DNA from: Selaginella moellendorffii
Taxonomy: Eukaryota > Plantae > Lycopodiophyta
DNA length: 64,000 nucleotides
Direction of reading: 5' to 3'
Assembly: GCF_000143415.4 (NCBI RefSeq)
Contig: NW_003314332.1
Span: 806,001 to 870,000 of the forward strand
Both the position numbers and the translations under genes were made by a program. This document shows positions 51,143 through 63,465 of the stretch, piece by piece. The notes beneath the pieces are model-generated. The model saw nothing but the letters and a program-made list of their open reading frames with translations, had not been told where the DNA came from and ran no database searches. Within the stretch, counting starts at the first letter, position 1. Each line of letters begins with the position of its first letter.

Positions 51143-54100
51143 TTAATGAATCTCACCTTGAACCCGGGTTATGAATGCTCTTGCTGCATCTCTTGCATGG
51201 TCTGGCAAGGTGATGGTGGCACTCTGCTTCCGCATCCAACCATGCACAACATTATCCACTGATATGCTCATGCTGGGATCCCTTGGATTCAGCACCCATC
51301 TCTTTTCTAGGCAATCCTTCGTATATCCGGAACTTGGCTTGAACCACTCCACAGTTACATTGAAGGAGTTAGTTTCCGCATCCTCCTCTGCATCAGTGAT
51401 GCAGCGCCCCACCCATATCATTTGTTTTTTATTACTGGGTCTGACAAGCACGACCATTCCTTTGCAGACCTGTACTGGATTGAATGCTGAATCCGGCTTC
51501 TTGTTCCTCGGCCCACAATAGTGATCCTCAACATCGTTATCTGTCACTGCATTTCCAGAGGACATTGTTCCGCTACTATCTAGTGCTCTGGGTTCTGGCC
51601 AAAAGGACTCTTCCAATTCTTCATATACAACCGGCCCATTTTGGATAGCAGATATAATCTTCTCCCAGTATTTGAGCAAAGGCTTGCACCTCTGAAAATA
51701 GGATTCTCCACCAAACACCAACCCCCTCTTCCAGAAGGCAATATGCTGTCTAATCCCGGCCACTATACTTTCCTGGTCTTTGAGTCCATCCGGGTGCATC
51801 GGCCGTGGGGAACCCTGAGGAATCATAGGTTCCCCAGTTATGGGATCTCTCTTGAAGAGTTCAATGCCATCCACTGGCAGCCACACTGTGTCCCATTCTC
51901 TCATCTTGTACCTCATCACTGGAGCACCGTCACACATGCTGAAATGAAACTGAAGAGGCTTGGAGTGGCCAATCAGCGTTTCGGATCCGTCCCTGATGTA
52001 GCCTCTTACAAACCCCTTAAAGTCTGGAACCTCTGTCACAAGTGCAGCTTCAACAGTGCCTTTGATGCAATTTTGGAATTCATCGTAGAGTTGTGGGAGG
52101 GTGAGGACATTGGATCGCCAGAGGGACTCTGCCAGGTGACTGAACATGGCATCAACGTCTTCATGAGTGTGCCCAACCATGACAAAGCCAAGTGTAACCG
52201 TTTCAAATATGCCTTTGGCAACAAGCATCGCCAAGTACGCGAAGACGTACATGTTTTTGTTCTCACTGCTAGCATTGTCTGTTTGGAGCAGAAGATGGGG
52301 TGGAAGGCCACATCAGCCGCAAGAACTTCCTTGAGATTCTGCTTCGTTTGGATGAGGCTGTGCATTCACCGGGCGACCAGCCTCGTCGGAATGGCATGAG
52401 GCCTCACGTGATAACCCTACAATCTGACGGCCAACATATTCACTGGGATGGCATGGGGCCCCACGCGATACTGCAAGCCTTTGCTCCTCCTCCAGCTGAA
52501 CCCTGTATGGGGTTCGATCGACAAGGGCCTTATGCAAGGGTTGGCCGTTCAGCTCAGTCTGCGCACTTTGCAGAGACCTTAAGTATTTTGCTAGGGACGC
52601 AATCATCATGTTTGCACCCCCGCCACCCCATAGAGGTACAAAGAAGTTCCCATAGTTCTGGGCACCATGCCCATGAGCGATTATGCCAAACAGAGACATA
52701 GGCAGCTGCATGGATGAAGAGATTGCCTTGGGAGCAGGATTGAGTCGAGGTAAGCACGTCTTTTTCTGGTCCATTTTGTCGTGGATGATGCAGAGGTTAG
52801 AGTCAGGTCTCTCCATGGAGAGAATCCTGTTATGATAATATGCAGTCCTGCAGCTTCTCTGCTCGATGTTGTGGTCGAGCCGCCTTCTAACCAACGTCTC
52901 TCGCTCTTGAGCGCTGCAAGAATTCTTTGACAAAGCCATTTTGATAGCAGTGCACTCGTCACACTTTGAAAAGCTGGAGTACTTTCCTATACTCACATCC
53001 CTGAACCTGTTGCTCCACAATCTACTAAATCTAGATTGGCTCAGCTTCCTGTAGCCATTACTCTGGAGTTCCCGATTCACATCTTCCAATATGGCCCCCT
53101 TGGTATACATGGAAGGGAGAACTCGTTGGGTGTCTCGTGTTCCATCTTCCAAGAGGCGGGTTTTATGTGGTTGCTGCTCGCTACATATCTCGACAAACCT
53201 CTTGAAGATTGCCTCTCCATATACAACATGACCCCTGGTTTTGTGCGTACTGTTGTTCCCATGGACTGCCTGTTGAACCCTTTGTTCCTCGAACTCAGTT
53301 TTGATTCTGTAGAATGTGGTTCGAGGGACTCCATAAATGATTCTCCATGCCTTCATGCAGACCAAACCCCTCTGGAAGACCATGCCCCCCACCTGATGTT
53401 CTGAAGCATCAACAGATGACCGTAATGCCTCATACACAAAATTGCGAGCTGCCTTCCAGGACAATGTCTTGTATCTTGCTCTCTCCTCTTCAATAGCATC
53501 CCAATCAACATGTTGACAGCACCTCCTCTTGCAACAAGCAACTGTCGAGACCATTTGAACCTCCATCGCCATTTTCTGCCTTTTCGGTTCGTTGCTCAGA
53601 TCCCTTTGGCTGCGCTGTAGGAAGGTGTACTTTCTTTTCCCATGAAGAGATGTTCTGTCATCAGTTGTAGTGGTGTTTGATTGTGAATCCTTCACATTCT
53701 CAAACACTAAATGCCTCAATTTCCACCACACAATGCTTCCAATAGTCAGACTGTTTTCTTCTGTGTCAACAACCTCTAAAATCGCAACTCCAATATCATC
53801 CCAGCCCAATTCTTGATTAGCAACTGCATCTCTTGGATCGACAACTGTGGCTAAGCCCTCAGCTACCACCTCCCCTTCGGGGTTGTTTAGAAACACCGTT
53901 GCCTGAATCCATGTAGCACGGTTCTTAAGATCCACGGAGGGAACATGCGTCGCACTTGCGCTGTCCCCAACATCTGCTTTCTTCTGCAGATTTTTCAAGG
54001 CAACAACAACATTTACCCCGACGACCATCTCTCCTCGTTCAATAGCGACCACATTCCCATCGAAGACAGTCTCTACTGATACAGCAGCATTGCCTTCCCC

Positions 54101-54211
54101 AAGCCTTTGACAGTGTATAACAAAGTTCCGATCCATAGACACAAGGGTCCCTTTTGCAACTCTCTTCCCACCATTCAAAATGTAAACCTTTTCCCCAACC
54201 CTGAAGGCCAT
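51143..54211 (-). CDS. DDE/DDD transposase, Sola-like, ~1020 codons with one in-frame TGA at 52313-52315
   Basis: ORFs 52313-54211 and 51143-52252 share a frame (GSSCG*CGLPPHLLLQTDNASSENKN). Motifs: KCDEC..H, IIHDKMDQ, DNASSENKN, VGHTHEDVDAMFS. Two N-terminal VAxG repeats resemble Tnp1/En-Spm-associated domains. Confidence 0.8.
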
Positions 54212-57069
54212 TCTGAAAGTGCAGAAAAGAAGTTAAGACCATACAAAAAATGATTGGAGAATGGCCTAAATCATAACATACCAAATAGCATGAGGCCACA
54301 TGCCATTATTCAAACATGCTATTGACACCCACGTGAAATTTCGCATTCACAAAATTGGCATGAGCCCTCCCATACGTAAATATATATAGTTGCAGCAAGG
54401 CAAAAGGAATATGGCAATAGGCTAGGAGGGCCCAAAGATGGCATGAGGCCTCATGCCATCTTGATATACACACAGCTGCAGGCAAGTAAAAACATACAGG
54501 ACAATACGCTAGCCATGAAATTGCAAGGGCCCAAGATGGCATGTGGCCTCATGCCATTTCTAAATGTGGTCCTAAGCCATTCCATGGTGAACATACCAGG
54601 AAGCACAAGTGCCGAATATCAAGAGGAAGCAGTAGCCACACCAAAGACAGTGCCGCTCGCAACACCGCAACTACTCGTAGCGCCGCTCGCAACACCGCAA
54701 CTGCTCGTAGCGCCGCTCGCACAAACTACCACTCGCATAAACTGCTGCTCGCAATGGCGCTCGCAATGCCGCAACCGCTCTTAGACGCATAAACCACAGC
54801 TCACAACGCCGCTTACACAAGCAGCGCTCACTGCGCTTAGTGGAACCAAGAACACGGCGCACAAAAATGATAGACCTAGGAATGAGTTCGAGAATTCAAA
54901 AATAACACACGCTTGAACGTCACATCAAATCCTCTGACAAACAAGATCTTATGACTCCTCTGACAAATTTCAAACTGAGTAGCTTCTAGACTTTGCTATC
55001 GGAGGTTGAACTTTGTCACATCATGTCCTTGCCTCGATCCAACTGTGCCATGTCAGTGATTCGAACTTTGCCATGCCATGTTAACGATCCGCGCCAAGAT
55101 TATTCGCCGTGTAAAGGAATAATTATGCTGTGTGTGTATGTCCATTTATGGCAATATAAGGCCACACACCATTCAAAGAATAATGCTAGTCGAGCATTTT
55201 TTGGTGCATTTTTGGGTTCAAAATTGCATGAGCCCACACGCTATAAAGTTTACCTGTACCAAAAATAGAAACAGCTTTATTTACTTGGGAATTCAAGTGG
55301 TTGAGGCATTTTTAAACTTACAAACACATGCCCTACTTACATTCATTTGGTTGCTTAAAATTCAAAAATATTATAAACCTTTCTTTTTGCATTTTCAATG
55401 TTTTCAATTATGGTTTTTGATTTTCGCAGAACCAGCCTAGTAATCTATTTGCATCCCGTCATGTTTATAGCTAGCTTTCGTTTGTCCCCTTCGCTAGCCT
55501 GAGATACATCTGCTCGGCATCTGCCTCTTATAGCATTTGCCCAGAAAGGGCATCTTTCTTCACGCAGCATTTGCCACATGTTTAGGGTTTAGGGTTTAGC
55601 AATTCAGTAGCTTGATAAACATGCAAATACAGAACTTGATGCAAAATCCTTTGATATGTCACAATGCCCCTAGGACCATAAACACATTTCAATAGAGAGG
55701 GTCCTTTCATTTTATAACTCCTTACGTAGATCTTGGTGAAACTAGAGTTAGTGAAGTTAGTTTCTTGTGATCCCGCATCTGATTGTGATGTCCCTTTGCA
55801 GTGTCGATGGAAAGGTCAATGCACACCAAACTGTAGAATCTTGGAGCAAAATAACGGTCAAATCTATGGCAAATGCCCCTGAAACATTGTAAGGCTCGTG
55901 TGGTCTCATGTGGTGTCCGATCGAGATGCTTCTTTGCAGGGTCATCAAGAAGGACATTGTATACCATTCTGTAAAATCTAGTTGCGATCTAACGGTTGGA
56001 TCTCCAGGAAACTCAAAACAATCTCGCGCGTGTCAGAATATTCTAGGAATATACTCCTATGTGCTCCTGAAAATGGCATGCGGCCCCACGCCATTCAAGA
56101 GATAACGCCAGATGACGCCGAGCATTTTTTGGTGCATTTTTTGGGATCAAAATTGCATGAGCCCACATGCTTGAACGTCACATCAAATCCTCTGACAATT
56201 TATTTAGCTGAACATCTGGCATTTTTGGAAATACAAGATGCTTTGGAATATCCAATCATGCATGGTATAAATATAGCGAGGGTATTAAATGATATCCCAA
56301 TCATGATCTTTCTTTTGGATTTCGCGTGCATGCAGTCCGAGGAATGATGACGTTGCGGATTTCTTTTGGATTTCACGCATGCGCGCGTCGATCCAGAAAT
56401 TAATGGTGGCGCCCAAGTCCGAGAAATGATGACGTGGCGGGATTACCAACCGTCGTGACATTTCGCGCGTGTGAGGTTAGGTTTTGCATTTTGCTTCGTA
56501 CTCGCGCTCGCATCGCGCTCCCACTCGCGCTCCCACTTCTCTACAGGTTTCTCGTGTGCATCGGCGTCCACTCGCGCTTGCATCACACTCGCGCTCGCAT
56601 CGCGCTCGTGTGCATCGGCGTCCACTTCAAGACACACCCAGTTTGTAACTTCGCCGCCAACTCCGCCGCCCACTCCGCCACCCACACGCAGCCCACTTGG
56701 CGTCCCGGGAGATTTCAGCGCCACTCTCCAACTGTAAGTGGCAGAGTAGCCTTGCTGCTATGATCCGCTGCACACACAGTGCACATTCGCCAGCGAGTCC
56801 GGTTGTCACGCCTCCATTCGGCTTCAAATGGTAAGTCTTTTAGGCCAAGTAGAAAATGGCATGAGGCCACATGCCATTCAGTAGCAACATTAGCATGCAC
56901 CGATTGGGCTCTCGAGTGCAGTCCGGTTACAGATGGCGTGTAGCCTCACGCCATCTTAGGATGCAGCCTCAAGACATCTGATGCAGTGGTGAATGGCGTG
57001 TGGCCTCACGTTATTTCCAGCTACTAGCTTTTCATCTGTCAGCTCTAATTGTTGTGCATTTCTGAACAG

Positions 57070-60000
57070 GCGAGGAATTGCGTTCTTCTTCCAGCCACTG
57101 TCAATGTGGATGCAGAGAAGGGGGAGGAGCTCACCAGTTGGACTTTCGGGATGGAAGGCGAGGATCTAAGGCTGTACAACACAGATGGTGGGAGAAAAGA
57201 ATGCATGGGGATCCTCATCCAAGTGACAGACACTCCATGCAGTTCCATGCAAGAATATGGACTGGCACTTGTGGTAGAGACAGCGTCTGCCTTCAAGATC
57301 CACCTTGCACATCCTAGCGGCTTTCCGGAGGGGGGCAGCGGCTATGAGGAATTCCTAGAGGGAGCTAGGGAGAGGTTGTCCAGGAGGCCCACAATTTCAA
57401 AGACGCTGCGGGTCTATGAAGATCACATGGAATCCACGGACCTCACCTACGGCGATGTTCAAAAACTATATTCCAGAGGCAGCAAAAATCGTCGCAGATA
57501 ATAGTACTTGTTACTATTCCAACAAAGTATATACAATCGACGTGAGCCGTATCGACATCCAAAGCAAATACAACCACAGGCTAGTATCTGATGAGTGGGT
57601 GGAGAAACTGAAGCAGAAGATGCTGGCAAGTCCAGTAACACCCGACATCGCAGACGTGATCCCCTACTACCGAACAATGAAGGGCGAGACGAGGTTTCCA
57701 GACTTGATCAATAGGAAGGTGTTGGACGATCAGAACATCCGGTTCTATGCCGTCTCCGGGCAGCATTCTGTGAGACACAAAATCCCTAGGCCCCAAAGTG
57801 GAGCCGGAAGGGAGCCACATGGTAGTAAAACGTTTGGACCGTAAGCTCCGACTTGAAAAGTCAAGAGCAGGAGTGGAACTCCCAACGAAGTGCTCGAGGA
57901 ACGAGCACGAAGCGAGCAAAAGGCGAGGCTCCAAAAAGGGACCCAAAAGGACCAACACATGACACGTGGGAGTGTCCGAGATGGACCCGAGTTGGAGTCC
58001 GAAGTGGAGTCCGAGATGGACCCAAGTTGGAGTCCGAAGTGGAGTCCGAGATGGACCTGAGATGGAGTCCGAGATGGAGTCCGAAGTGGAGTCCGAGGTG
58101 GACCCGAGATGGACCTGAGTTGGAGTCCAAAGTGGAGTCCGAGATGGACCCGAGATGGAGTCCGAGATGGAGTCCGAGATGGAGTCCGAGGTGGACCCGA
58201 GAGGGACCCGAAATGGAGTCCGAGATGGAGTCCGAGATGGAGTCCGAGATGGAGTCCGAAGTCGAGACCGAGACCGGGACCGAGACCGGGACCGAGACCG
58301 AGACCGAGACTGAGATCGGGACCGAGACCGAGACCAAGGCCGAGGCCGAGACCGAGCCCGAGCCCGAGTCCGAGTCCGAATCCGAGTCCGAGTCCGAGTC
58401 CGAGTCCGAGTCCGGAGCCTGAGAGGGTGAAAGCCCAAAGCGTTCGTCTCCCAGACCCTGGGGGGTTTGGTGAGCTCCAAAAGTATAGTAGGGGGGAGGA
58501 CTGCAGTGGAGCCAGTTTGGCCAGGAAAGGCCAGTTTGGCCCAGGAAGGCCAAACCCAGTGTTGGGTGATGAACTGACCACTGGGAAGTCCAAGACTAGA
58601 GTGAATACGGACCGACAAGCGGGGTAGCTTGGTGAAGTGTTCAAGAGCCGGCTCTGGTTCCCCCGGGAGATCGACTGGCCGATGCTCCCAGTCCAAGTGT
58701 GGGTGGCACTACCTACTTGGATACCTGGTGTGGCTCAACGGAACCCGCTCTAAGCCCATGGCTAGAGCACCCAAAGGCAGAAGGCGAGGAGAGTACCCAG
58801 GTGGCTCGCGTAAGGCCACGGTGTTCCGAAATGTTGTCCCAAAGGCCCAGACTGTGGAAAGGAAGAGGAGAAGTCCTCTGGGGTAGTGACCAAGGACACA
58901 GTCACACAGTGAGGAAGTCCTAGAGGATAGTGGGACTTAGTGGTCGGGCCGGTGGGCCTCGATCCAGTGGCAGTGTTGGCGAATACAGCCAAGGACAGAA
59001 AGGGACTTGGTGGGGACCGGAATAGAGATATTGGGGAAGGCTATTCCCCATGTCTGTAGGCATCCTAAGGATGTTAAGGAGTGGATCTGGGATGATCACT
59101 CATGGATGGATGACCCAGTCTTTGAGAGACGGGATTGGAATGTAGGTGGTGTTGGACCACCAGTGTGACCGAGGTAAATGGGCATGGCCTTAGCGTAACG
59201 GGCCGATATGTCGGTGATACCTTGGGGTGTCGATCATGGGATCAGACACGTGGAGCACTTGGACCAAGTGCTAAGGTTGAGTGGCATGGATGCCATTCTC
59301 GGGGCTAGCAAGCCCCAAGTCCTGAGTTGGGCTTATGGAGGTTGTGAATGAGACTCCTCCAAGTGGTCGGAGGTGTGGTTAAGTGACTAAAGTAGAATGG
59401 AAAAATTAGTCGCTTACACATTCTAGCTTGGCGATGCAAGAGATAGTTGTGGATATTATGGTGGGCGAGGAGGTGAAGAAAGTCTTCAAGACAAGAGTTG
59501 TCCACCTGATAAAAGGCAACTTGCCCCTCCGATCTATCATATCCATCTCCCACACGCAGAATGTCAAGCAAGAAATGTGCTACAAATCGGGTCTGCACAA
59601 GATATTGGCACGAACACGGAAGCTCTGGGTTCAACTGAAGAAGCCACAAAAACCAGGACAAGGACGTGCACTAGCAACTAGCGCCTGGCAGGTAAGCCTC
59701 GTTGCATGTGGCATAGCATGTGTCCTCACGCCATTTCCATTGCAGGAATTCTCGAGTCTTCTCTCGAAAACACTGGGGGTCAATGACACACTCAGCATCC
59801 ATAACATTCTACTCATGACAAAAGTTATTTTTGACAAATGGGTAGATGTGCTGAGGAGGTACCATGACGGGGAGTTGCCAAACTCAATGGGTGTGGAGGA
59901 CGGCCGGAAGCCCAATGATTTGAAGCTCAACGCCTTGCGTTTCTCGCGGTCTCTAGACGACGACGACCTTCTGACAGTGGCTAATGCTCTTCTACGTGGT

Positions 60001-62560
60001 GAGGTTGTCTTCAACAAGACCAAAATGACTCCCGGCCATATTGTGACATACGAGGACTTGTGCACGACTCTGAGAGCTCGTGTGCTATTGAAGGATTGGA
60101 TCTTCGAGCAAGTGGCCGTGGAGAGGGTGAGCATCGACACCACGCAAGAGATGATGGAAGCGCTGGAGTTGTCAAATGAAGACATCGACGAGTACGTGAA
60201 GGGGGCCCCCAAGTTCATCGATCTGCTGCGGGATGCCACGAAAAGTAAAGCTGAGAAGTTGGATCAGTATCCAAATTTCATTAAGATTGATGTCGACCGC
60301 CGACTTCAGAAACAGCTCGACCCCACAGCAAAGGCCTATCGAGAACCTTACCGGGTATACGTGAATTCGGATGAGGATCAAAGGTGGAGGAGCATCGTTT
60401 CCCGCGGAGATGAGCAGGTCAAGAACATCTTTTGTGTGATGGACTTCACAAACGAGGAGATCACTCATGCAGACGAAGTCAGCTCCATTACTGACTTAAT
60501 GGTGGGATTTGCGGAGGTGGAATCTTCAGTCCACTATATGATCTACGACTCCGAATCCTATCACAAGTTCTGGAAGGCCTTGAACGAGGTGAAGGCTCGG
60601 TTGAAAGGCAAGGAGATGCGGGAGATCCATGGGATAATGGCTAAGAAGAAGATACCGACGAATGTCCGCATCTTCACACTCGCCCTTGTTATTGGTCCTG
60701 CAGCAGAGTGGGACTGGAGTGACTTCCCAACTTCGTTCGACAAGGCCAATCGAATTGATCTGAGGGAGGTCAATTTACCCGTGCCTGAGGAACTGAAGAC
60801 GGCTATGGAGCTTTCGAATCCAAAGAAAGCTCCAGGTGCAGCATGGGAAATGCTCAGCTGGGTCTTCAACGCAATAGCGGGTGGGTCACCTGCTTTCGAC
60901 TCCAAGGGCAAATGCGTTGTCGAGTACAACTGTGGCGGACTATTCTTTCGAGCCGCACTACTCAAGGGTGTCCCGTGTGTTGCGGTGACAAACTCCATTG
61001 AAGAGGTGACTTCAATGGAGCATATAATTACAGTTGCCAAAGAAAAACAGTATCTTCTTTGCGAACCTGGTGAGTACACACTTTAAGTTTAAATGGGAGA
61101 TATTTGGACATGCATATGGATCCGCCAGTGGACTCTACTTGCCTGCAAGAGTCATCAGAGCTGGTGGAGGCTACTATCCATATCAACGCCAAGCAAGCTG
61201 ACCACGCTCCACTTGATGCTGCCCATACCACTGAGTCAATCTTGTCCACGTATCCAACTGACGGTGACCAGGCGCCATTGGACCCACATGAGGCCGCCCC
61301 AGCCGCCGAGCCAGTCGTATCCTCATTTCCAACGGACTCAACGTGTGCCCAATCGTCTGACTACGCGCCGTTGGAACCTCCCTACACCGCCCCTGCTGCC
61401 TGTTCGGTCATGTCCACTTTGCCAACGGAGGCACCAGCTGAAATGGCGTGTGATCACACGCCATCGGAACCACCCCATGCCACTGTTGAGCCAGTTGTAC
61501 CAGAGTCTACAGCTGAAATGGCATGTGCCCACACGCCATCAGATGCGATTGACCCCACATTGCAGAGGAGAGTATTTCCGCCCTTCACGTTTCCTGGACC
61601 AAAACCCTCTCAACGACCATCGGGAGCAACATTCGCTAATATTGTAGATGGTAAAATTGACTTGTACCATTTTTTATGCTGACGCATTTCATTTCAGAGT
61701 CACGGCGAAGGTACTGTATCGTTTTTGATCTGAACGGTGTCCTTTTCTCCCATGAGCGTGGCTCGTCCTCGAATGTCATTGCACCCTCCAAAGCCTGCGG
61801 TCGCAAGTTGGTCAAAAGAGACAGATTCACATTAATCACACGGGAGAAACTGTAGGATCTAATAATGACCATGCGACACTTAAAACAGAGGGCCGGGTTC
61901 AATTTGCAATTGGGAGTTTGGACATCCATGATGCTCCACAATGCATTAACGTTGCTACAGATGATGCACAATTAGACACGAGTAATATTACCATTTGACT
62001 TTCTCCTAACGCAGGAGGATTGCTTGACTATGGTCCATGTGAGGGGTAGCAAGCCCATCTTCGTCAAGCCAGAGGCTGTAGTGATGAACCGGACTGCTAG
62101 CTCAAGTGAAATCCTCATCATCGATGACTCGCCAATTAAAACTGTAGCGAACATGCACACATATGCAGTGCACCCCATCTCTTGCAGTATGGAAACTAGG
62201 GAGAAGAAACCGTATGTTCTGGGGGACCTTGCAAAACGGCTTGGAGCGATGGTGATAGAGAACCGGCCAGTCCAGGAGGTGGCTGTAGAAATCAATCAAA
62301 TGGCAGATGGAACGGTATATCAGAAGCCATTTGATCGGACAGACACCAGTCATCATTTATGGCATGTATATTGTCTAGCCAAGCACTATCCGCATCTCCA
62401 TAATCTGCTCAACCGGATGGGTTCTTCGACCACTGAACATGAGCGTGGACGTATTAGAGAAGAGATGGCATTACTATTGGGTTTAAATCCTGATAGTGTG
62501 GAGAGTGATGAAATTCCAAGATTATTGTATAGGCGTTGGAGGCAAAAAATAACAGTCTGA
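57070..62560 (+). pseudogene. Copy 2 of the cargo gene (ParB-like, MTase-like, linker, HAD) with deletions, stops and an LTR insertion
   Basis: ORFs 57049-57501, 57416-57844, 59428-61086, 61104-61682 and 62024-62560 are homologous to copy 1. Confidence 0.85.
57769..59418 (+). mobile_element. Family A solo LTR
   Basis: TGTGAGAC..GCTTACA; TSD CATTC (57764-57768 / 59419-59423); inserted within the GQHS codons. Confidence 0.95.
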
Positions 62561-63225
62561 GATGGCATGTATTTATTTAAAAATGTAACTTATTATGGCA
62601 TGGGGTTCCATGCCATTGTATTAATATTAAAAGACAATTCTTTGAGAGGATTTGCATTATACTAGAAGTGTTACAGCATGTTATTGGAAGTCTACGAAGT
62701 TGTTTTATTAATAAGGGGAAAGTAAAGATTGAATGAGGACTTGGGCTCCACCTAGACTCGGAGCAACTGAGCCAATATTAAAAGGATGGAAAGAAATTGG
62801 ACGACGATGACAAGGAGAAGAGAGAGGTGAAGCAGTGGCAGGGGGAGGAGAAGTGATTGAGTAGACATTTCCTTGTTTAAAATAAAATGGCATGTGCCTC
62901 AATGCAATTGAATTTTGTTATATTTATATACTATATAAAGGTTTGGAAACCTTATTTTACAAGTGGGATAATGACAATTCCCACTTTAATGAAATAGAGC
63001 TTACATCCTGTGTTCCGAGATGGTTAATCCGTAGAAAGCACTGATTCGGTCGCGGTTGTGGGCCATCTGGTTGGGCTGGATCATGGTGTCTGCCTCTATG
63101 AAGGTTCTCATCCCTGCTCTGTGCAGGTCTCTGCATGTCTGGTCCAGGCCGCGATCCTCTGAAGCTCCGAGCGTTTTACCCTTGACAGCAAAGAGTTTGC
63201 TCAGGTTCGTCTAGTCCGACTTTGT

Positions 63226-63450
63226 CAATGGGGTTTTAATTAGTTTAGCCTCTATAAACCATAGAGTCCGATTTCGACATGCTCGAAACCGGGAAAGAGC
63301 TCTTCAAGATTTTTAGGTGGGGTGGGACGAGGGGGACAAAGTAGAACTGGTACTCGAGCCCGTGATGTCCGATGTCCAAGCTTCCGAAGTTCCTGGTGTG
63401 GAACTCTGTCGACTCGGGGAGGTACACGTGCCTTCGTTCTTGAACATGTG
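63226..63450 (-). mobile_element. 225-bp 5'-truncated LINE, family L-a
   Basis: Near-identical to 49084-49309; bounded by TCTAGTCCGACTTTGT and CTAGTCTGACTTTGT. Confidence 0.88.
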
Positions 63451-63465
63451 CTAGTCTGACTTTGT

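Larger units (their letters stand above)
50455..63002 (-). mobile_element. Large TIR DNA transposon copy 2 (Sola-like)
   Basis: TIRs AAGCTCTATTTCGTTAAAGTGGGA / TCCCACTTTAATGAAATAGAGCTT; TSD ACAT (50451-50454 / 63003-63006); inverted homolog of 6761-18017. Confidence 0.93.
49083..63209 (-). mobile_element. 5'-truncated L1-clade LINE, family L-a (49083-50454 plus 63007-63209), split by DNA transposon copy 2
   Basis: zf-RVT-type CKTCGATETQRHILWECPAAQEVW and downstream EIWKARCTRLF. The reading frame continues across the ACAT TSD. Flanked by CTAGTCCGACTTTG at 49069 and 63211. Confidence 0.85.

Noticed and set aside
50455-63002. CACTA, hAT or Mutator classification
   Set aside because: Termini are not CACTA and the TSD is 4 bp, not 3, 8 or 9 bp.
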